Of a stretch of 64,000 nt of DNA, positions 58,880 to 64,000 are shown in pieces. This DNA is from an uncultured Acidimicrobiaceae bacterium (GTDB taxonomy: Bacteria; Actinomycetota; Acidimicrobiia; Acidimicrobiales; Bog-793): positions 6,799-70,798 of the forward strand of contig CAWDPZ010000005.1 in NCBI GenBank assembly GCA_963804265.1. Reading direction: 5' to 3'. The stretch's first letter is position 1; each line of letters starts with the position of its first letter. Both the position numbers and the translations under genes were made by a program. The notes below the pieces were generated by a model. That model searched no databases and was not told the DNA's origin. It saw only the letters and a list, made by a program, of their open reading frames with translations.

Positions 58880-61005
58880 CCGGGCCCGGGGCCACCGGCC
58901 TCCTCGAGACCACCGGTCTCCTCGAGGTGACCGGGCTCACCGTCGACTACCTCGGCCGCGGCGATGCCGTGCGCGCCGTCGACGACGTCTCGCTCGAGCT
59001 GCCCGCGGGCGGCCGCCTCGGCATCGTCGGCGAGTCGGGGTCGGGCAAGACGACGCTCGGCCTGGCCCTCGCCGGGCTGCTCCCGCGCACGGCACGCGTC
59101 GTCTCGGGGAGCATCACCCACGAGGGCAAGCAGATCGTGGGGCTTCGCGAGCGCGCGCTCCGCGACATCCGCGGCAAACAGGTCTCGGTCGTGTTCCAGG
59201 ACGCGAAGACGGCTCTCGACCCGGTCAGGACCATCGGCTCGCAGATCGGAGAGGCGGTCCGCGCCCACAGCTCGGCCAGCCGCCAGGAGGCGCTCGCCGT
59301 CGCGCTCGGTCTGCTGCGCGAGGTGGAGCTGCCCGATCCCGAGAACCGCCTGCGCCAGTACCCCCACGAGCTCTCCGGCGGCCAGCGCCAGCGGGCGATG
59401 ATCGCCATGGCACTGGCTGGCCAGCCGAAGCTCCTCGTCGCCGACGAGCCGACGAGCGCCCTCGACGTCACGACCCAGGCGAAGATCATCGACCTGTTGC
59501 ACCGGCTCGGCGAGGAGCGGGGCATGGCGACGATCCTCGTCACCCACGACCTCGGCGTCGTCGCAGGCTTCGCCGAGACGGTCCTCGTCATGTACGCCGG
59601 TGCCGTCGTCGAGACCGGCCTCGTCGGCGACATCTTCGGGCGGCCCTCCCACCCCTACACACGGGCGTTGATCGAGGCCGTCCCCTCGCTCACAGGTGCC
59701 CGCGTGCGCCGGCTCCCCTTCATCCCCGGGGGGCTCCCGCGCAGCAGCTCGGCTGCGGCCGGCTGCCGTTTCGAGCCCCGATGCTCGGTCGGCCAGGGCA
59801 ACCCGCGTTGCCAGGCGTCCGAGCCCGAGCTGAGCCTCACCGCCTCAGGCACGGTGGCGGCCTGTCACTTTCCCGGTCGACGGGCCGCTGCGGGTCGGCT
59901 CGCCTGCCGGGGCGGTCAAAGAGGCCCAGGTCGCCCAGAGCTCGGCGGGGGATGCTGCGCCCGCCGGCCCGGCTCCGGCGCTCCTCGAGGTGACCGACGT
60001 CGTCAAGACCTTCCGGGTCACCCGCGGCGGGAGCTCCACCGTGCGCCTGCGGGCGGTCGGGGGAGTGTCGCTCGTCGTGCGCAAGGGCGAGTCGTTCGGC
60101 ATCGTCGGCGAGTCGGGCTCGGGCAAGACCACCCTCGCCCGGATCCTCGTCGGCCTCGAGAGCGCCGATTCCGGCACGCTGAACTTCTCGGGCGAGGAGG
60201 CAGTGGCGGCCTCGAGCGCCGCCCGGCGCCGCCGCTGCGTCGCGGCCCGGCGAGATCCAGATGATCTTCCAGGACCCGGGCGACTCCCTCGACCCGCTCA
60301 TGACCGTCGAGCATCTCATCGCGGAGCCGCTCGAGATAACCCGCGGCGGGCGGGCCCACCGGTACCGCAGCCGAGGTGGCCGGGGCGCTCTCGGAGGTCG
60401 GCCTCCCGGAGACCATGATGAGCCGGAGGGCGAGCCAGCTCTCGGGCGGCCAGCGCCAGCGGGTCGCCATCGCCCGGGCGCTCACGACCAAGCCGCGGCT
60501 GCTCGTGGCCGACGAGGCGGTGGCTTCCCTCGACATGTCGGCGAGAGGCCAGGTGCTCAACCTCCTCTCCGACGTCCAGGACGAGGGCGACCTCACCTGC
60601 ATCCACATATCGCACGACCTCTCCATGGTGCGCAACGTCTGCGAGCGTGTCGCGGTCATGCACGCCGGCCGCATCGTCGAGGTTGCTGACGCCGAGGAGC
60701 TGTTCACGAGCCCCCGCCACCCCTACACCGCCGGGCTCATCTCGGCCATCCCCGTCCCGGACCCGACCTACGAGCGGACCCGCACGCGGATCGAGGTCGT
60801 GGGGGAGCTGCCGGATCTCACCCATCGCGTCGTCGGGTGCGCCTACAGGTCACGGTGCCCGAACGCCCAGGAACGCTGCGCGGCCGAGGACCCGCCCCTT
60901 GTGGAGTGGGACCCGGCGCACTCCTGGGCCTGTCACTATCCGGAGCCGCCGAAGCTGGAGCTGGCAACGGTTCCCGCCCCGGTGACGGACGCGACGTCAG
61001 CATGA
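58876..61005 (+). pseudogene. Fused double ABC ATPase (GsiA/YejF-like, about 710 aa), at least 3 frame disruptions
   Basis: Domain 1 is intact (GESGSGKTT, LSGGQRQR, LLVADEPTSALD, ...ACHFP). There is no stop before domain 2, but a shift near 59870 leads to a linker (VDGPLRVGSPAGAVKEAQVAQSSAGDAAPAGPAPA). Domain 2 follows (LLEVTDVVKTF...GESGSGKTT), with shifts near 60240 and 60350, then 60376..61005 (LSGGQRQRVAIARAL...LLVADEAVASLD...RHPYTAGL). Confidence 0.8.
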
Positions 61006-61012
61006 ACGGGAG

Positions 61013-62051
61013 GTGGACCTGGTGAGTGGTCTCGGTGCGGTCACGGTCCTCGGTGTCGTCGACGCCGACAACCTCGGACTCGTGCTCCCCCACGAGCACC
61101 TGACCGTGGACAACCGGGTGCATCTCGCCACGGGCCCGGAGTACGACCCTGACGCGGCCCTCACCCTCAAGACCCTGCCCCAGGCCCGGCTCGCGCCGCG
61201 CTCGATCGCCGAGAACATCGTCATGGACGACGACGCCGCGTCTGCGGCCGCCCTCCTCCGCTACCGCGAGGCCGGCGGGGGCACGATCGTCGAGCTGACG
61301 CCGACCGGCATGGGGCGGGACCTTGCCCGTCTTCGCGCCATCTCGTCCGCCACGGGGGTGAACGTCGTCGCCGCGACCGGCTACTACGTCGAGCGGGCCC
61401 ACAAGGGCCGGGTGGCGGGCCGGAGCGAGGAGGACCTCGCCGCCGAGTTCGTCGCCGAGCTCACTGCCCCGGTCGACGGGGAGTCGCGCTGCGGAGTCAT
61501 CGGCGAGATCGGCATCTCCCCGCCGCCCCATCCCGACGAGCTCCTCGTCCTCAGCGCGGCCCTGCGGGCCCAGGACCTCACGGGCGCACCGATCTGGATC
61601 CACGTCACCGGCCGGCGCCCGGTGCCGCCCCTGCTGGACTTCCTGGAGCGGACGGGCAGGGACCTGAGCCGCGTCGCCGTCTCGCACATGGACTACGACC
61701 TCGACGACCTCGGCGACCACGTGCGGGCGCTCCGGCTCGGGCTCTACGTGGAGTTCGACCTCTTCGGGTTCCCGATCTGGAACGCCGGCAATTTCCTCCA
61801 CATGCCGACCGACACCCGGCGGGTGCAGGCGATCATGGACCTGGCCGGTCGCGGGTATGCCGGCACAGCTGTTGATGAGCCACGACGTCTGCATGAAGAT
61901 GCAGCTGCCGGACTGGGGCGGCTTCGGCTACGCCCACATCCCGAGCAACGTGCTCCCGATCTTCGAGCTCCTCGGCGCCGAGCCCGGCCTCGCCGGCCAG
62001 ATCACCCGGGACAACCCGCGGCGCCTCCTCTGCTGGGCCGAGACATCGTGA
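61013..62051 (+). pseudogene. Phosphotriesterase-family (PTE/PHP-like amidohydrolase) protein, one frame disruption
   Basis: GLVLPHEHLTVD...GGGTIVELTPTGMGRD...VVAATGYY...GVIGEIG...IWIHV...HMD shifts near 61862 into 61857..62051 (QLLMSHDVCMKMQL...GGFGYAHI). The likelier start is GTG at 61022, 8 nt after GGGAGG. Confidence 0.8.
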
Positions 62052-62992
62052 AGGTCGCCTTCTACGGGGCCGGCAGCGTGTCGCGCTCGGCGGCCGAGGT
62101 GCTGTCGCGCCGGGACGGCTACGAGGTGGTCGGCGTCTTCGGGAGGGACGGGCGCGAGGCGGCCCTCACCTCCGGCGCGGACGTGGTCGTGATCGCCACG
62201 ACCTCGTTCCTCGAACAGGTCGCACCGGACATCCGTCTCGCGCTCGAGCACGGGTCGAACGTGCTCACGACGGCGGAGGAGGCGGCCTTTCCCTGGAGGG
62301 CGCACGGCGAGCTGGCAAGGGACCTCGACGCCCTCGCCCGCGAGCACGGCGTCTCGATCCTCGGCGGCGGGGTGAACCCCGGCTACGCCTTCGACGCCCT
62401 CGTGCTCACTGCGACAGGCGCCTGCTGGGACGTCGCCTCGATCGAGGTGGAGCGGGTCGTCAACCTCTCGGGGTTCAGCGAGACGATCCTCGCCCGCCTC
62501 GGCATCGGTTACGAGCTGGACGAGTTCGAGCGGCTCGTCGCGAGCGGGGACATCACGGGCCATATCGGCTTCCCGCAGTCGATGAACGTCGTCGCCGGCG
62601 GCCTCGGCGTCTTGATCGAGCGGATCGACCGGGTGATGACGCCGGTGCTCGGAGACCGCCTCTACGAGCGGCCGCACGGCAGCACCCCGGCGGGGCTCAC
62701 CGCCGGCTTCCGCCAGCACTACACGGCCGTCGTCGCCGGCAAGCCCTGGTTCACGGCGCTGTTCACCGGGCACCTCGACCCGGCCGACCTCGGCCTCGCG
62801 CCTCGCGACAGCATCACTGTCGGATCGAGCACGCCCGTCCACATGGAGATCGTGCCGGGACTCAACCCGCAGCTCGCCTCGGTGGCCCTCGTGGCGAACT
62901 CGCTCCGCCGCCTCGTGGCGGCACGGGCGGGCTGGGTGAGCGTCGCCGAGCTGCCGCCGGCCACGCCCGCCTCCGCGCCGACGGCGGGCTGA
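62048..62992 (+). CDS. Dihydrodipicolinate reductase-like NAD(P)-binding protein (amine dehydrogenase-type family, tentative)
   Basis: The GTGA overlaps the PTE stop. VKVAFYGAGSVSRSAAEVL...VVVIATTSF...ILGGGVNPGYAFDALVL... gives an intact 314 aa. Confidence 0.65.
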   Translation: MKVAFYGAGSVSRSAAEVLSRRDGYEVVGVFGRDGREAALTSGADVVVIATTSFLEQVAPDIRLALEHGSNVLTTAEEAAFPWRAHGELARDLDALAREHGVSILGGGVNPGYAFDALVLTATGACWDVASIEVERVVNLSGFSETILARLGIGYELDEFERLVASGDITGHIGFPQSMNVVAGGLGVLIERIDRVMTPVLGDRLYERPHGSTPAGLTAGFRQHYTAVVAGKPWFTALFTGHLDPADLGLAPRDSITVGSSTPVHMEIVPGLNPQLASVALVANSLRRLVAARAGWVSVAELPPATPASAPTAG

Positions 62993-63066
62993 GGCACCGC
63001 GGGCCGCCGGGGATGTCGGGAATCTGAGCGTCGTCGCAGGGCCTCTAGGCAAGGAGCCGACAGCAT

Positions 63067-64000
63067 ATGGGCAAGGTTCGAATCGGAGTGATCGGTGCCG
63101 GTGTCTGGGCGACCACGTCCCATCTCCCGGTGCTCGCCCGGCGGCCGCAGGACGTGGAGTTCGTGGCGGTGTGCCGGACGGGAGGGGCCGAGGTGAAGGC
63201 GGTGGCGGAGCAGTTCGGCTTCGCCATCGCCACCGAGGACTACCGGGAAGTCCTGGACGCGGGTGTCGACGCCTGCATCGTCTCGAGCCCCGCCTATCTC
63301 CACCACGAGCACGCCCGCGCCGCCCTCGACGCCGGCTGTCATGTCCTGCTCGAGAAGCCCGTGACGGTCACCTCCGCCGACGCCTGGGACCTCGTCGAGC
63401 GGGCCCAGGCCGCCCGTTTGCACCTCGTCATCTCCTTCGGCTGGAACTACCTGCCGACCTATGTCGCCGCCCGAGAGCTCCTCGACACCCACGGCATCGG
63501 CGATGTGACAGGCATGAGCGTGCACATGGACTCGGGCATACGCGAGCTGCTGCTCGGCGCCTCCCTGAGCTCGACGGGCGACCCGAACGACCGGGCCGAT
63601 ACGGCCACGTGGACCTCGAGGCAGATCTCGGGCGGCGGGTACGCGCAGGCGGCGCTCCCCCACGCCCTCGGACTGGCGCTCGGCCTGGCGGGGATCCGGG
63701 CGAAGACCGTGCACGGCTTGGTGGCGGGCGGCGGAGACACGGGCATCGAGCTCTACGACGCCATCGCCGTGGAGTTCGCCGGCGGCGCCGTCGGCACCGT
63801 CTCGGGGATGGCACACCATCTCGGCGCCGCGCTGCGCCACGAGCTCGAGATCCGCATCTTCGGGACCGAGGGCCAGATCCACCTCGACTACTTCCGGGAC
63901 TACGTCCGCCTCTGGAACACCTCCGGCGCGGACGAGCAGCCGCCGCTCCCGCCCGACGCCGGTCTCTACAACTGCGACGGGCCGCCCAACGCCCTCATCG
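63067..64000 (+). CDS. Gfo/Idh/MocA-family oxidoreductase, 3' end beyond the window
   Basis: My own translation from ATG at 63067 (AAGGAG at 63051-63056) reads MGKVRIGVIGAGVWATTSHLPVLARRP...CIVSSPAYLHHEHARAALDAGCHVLLEKP... It is open to the window end and absent from the ORF track for lack of a stop. Confidence 0.85.
   Translation, partial: MGKVRIGVIGAGVWATTSHLPVLARRPQDVEFVAVCRTGGAEVKAVAEQFGFAIATEDYREVLDAGVDACIVSSPAYLHHEHARAALDAGCHVLLEKPVTVTSADAWDLVERAQAARLHLVISFGWNYLPTYVAARELLDTHGIGDVTGMSVHMDSGIRELLLGASLSSTGDPNDRADTATWTSRQISGGGYAQAALPHALGLALGLAGIRAKTVHGLVAGGGDTGIELYDAIAVEFAGGAVGTVSGMAHHLGAALRHELEIRIFGTEGQIHLDYFRDYVRLWNTSGADEQPPLPPDAGLYNCDGPPNALI

Noticed and set aside
4665-62051. Programmed ribosomal frameshifting or transcriptional slippage as the explanation for the frame changes.
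   Set aside because: There are far too many events (at least 57), in unrelated genes and in both +1 and -1 directions. The junctions I resolved have no shared slippery heptamer or downstream structure. Indel error or mutational decay are the only plausible explanations.
61013-62992. A single 659-aa protein spanning the phosphotriesterase-family and DapB-like sequences.
   Set aside because: The PTE C-terminus lies in frame 61857..62051 and ends in a GTGA overlap with a separate GTG-initiated gene at 62048. The long ORF arises from a frame disruption near 61862.
1-64000. tRNA, rRNA, transposase, integrase or phage genes.
   Set aside because: I recognised none on either strand. In particular, the borders of the low-GC island inside the window show no integrase, IS terminal repeats or tRNA-like sequence. 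This is a visual scan only; tRNAscan or Infernal would be decisive.

Overview
This is a gene-dense, high-GC (about 70% by eye) window of actinobacterial type. I call about 60 protein-coding loci. I recognised no rRNA, tRNA, CRISPR array, IS element or integrase.

Layout:
- 1-4.7 kb: a visibly lower-GC island. It carries two type II toxin-antitoxin pairs (hipBA, cut by the window edge, and a GNAT toxin with a DUF1778 antitoxin), a 6-phosphofructokinase, and an ArsR plus SRPBCC operon.
- 5.8-8.4 kb: a large double-FtsX ABC permease.
- 9-24 kb: acyl-CoA/organic-acid catabolic genes. These are family III CoA-transferase x2, acyl-CoA dehydrogenase, MmgE/PrpD x2, FAH hydrolase, cupin, hydantoinase-type amidohydrolase, CitE-like lyase, two flavoproteins, an IclR regulator and a cyclase.
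- 24-38 kb: a Dpp/Opp-type ABC importer without an adjacent binding protein. It is followed by a quinone oxidoreductase flanked by tandem repeats, then DLH, RidA x2, FAH, a distal family-5 binding protein, a class II aldolase, a CMD protein and an MFS transporter.
- 38-46.5 kb: an eight-gene oxidoreductase / TIM-barrel / enolase cluster.
- 46.5-53.5 kb (minus strand): enolase, CoA-transferase, E1 beta, E1 alpha, a free-standing lipoyl carrier, a LacI regulator and a MaoC dehydratase.
- 54-64 kb (plus strand): bicupin, a complete peptide-type ABC importer with a fused double ATPase, a phosphotriesterase-family hydrolase, a DapB-like dehydrogenase and a Gfo/Idh/MocA oxidoreductase.

The dominant technical and biological signal is frame disruption. 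Roughly half of the genes (31 of about 60 by my count, at least 57 events) are interrupted by +/-1 frame changes, with conserved protein sequence continuing in another frame. The distribution is patchy. Three of the four junctions I resolved to the nucleotide sit at short G/C runs.

Other observations:
- Four short-period tandem repeat arrays in intergenic regions.
- A LacI-type operator-like palindrome.
- Palindromic candidate operators for both TA loci.
- Several TTGAC(G/A)-N16-18-TAnnnT promoter candidates.

All family calls come from reading the translated sequences. No database search was run.
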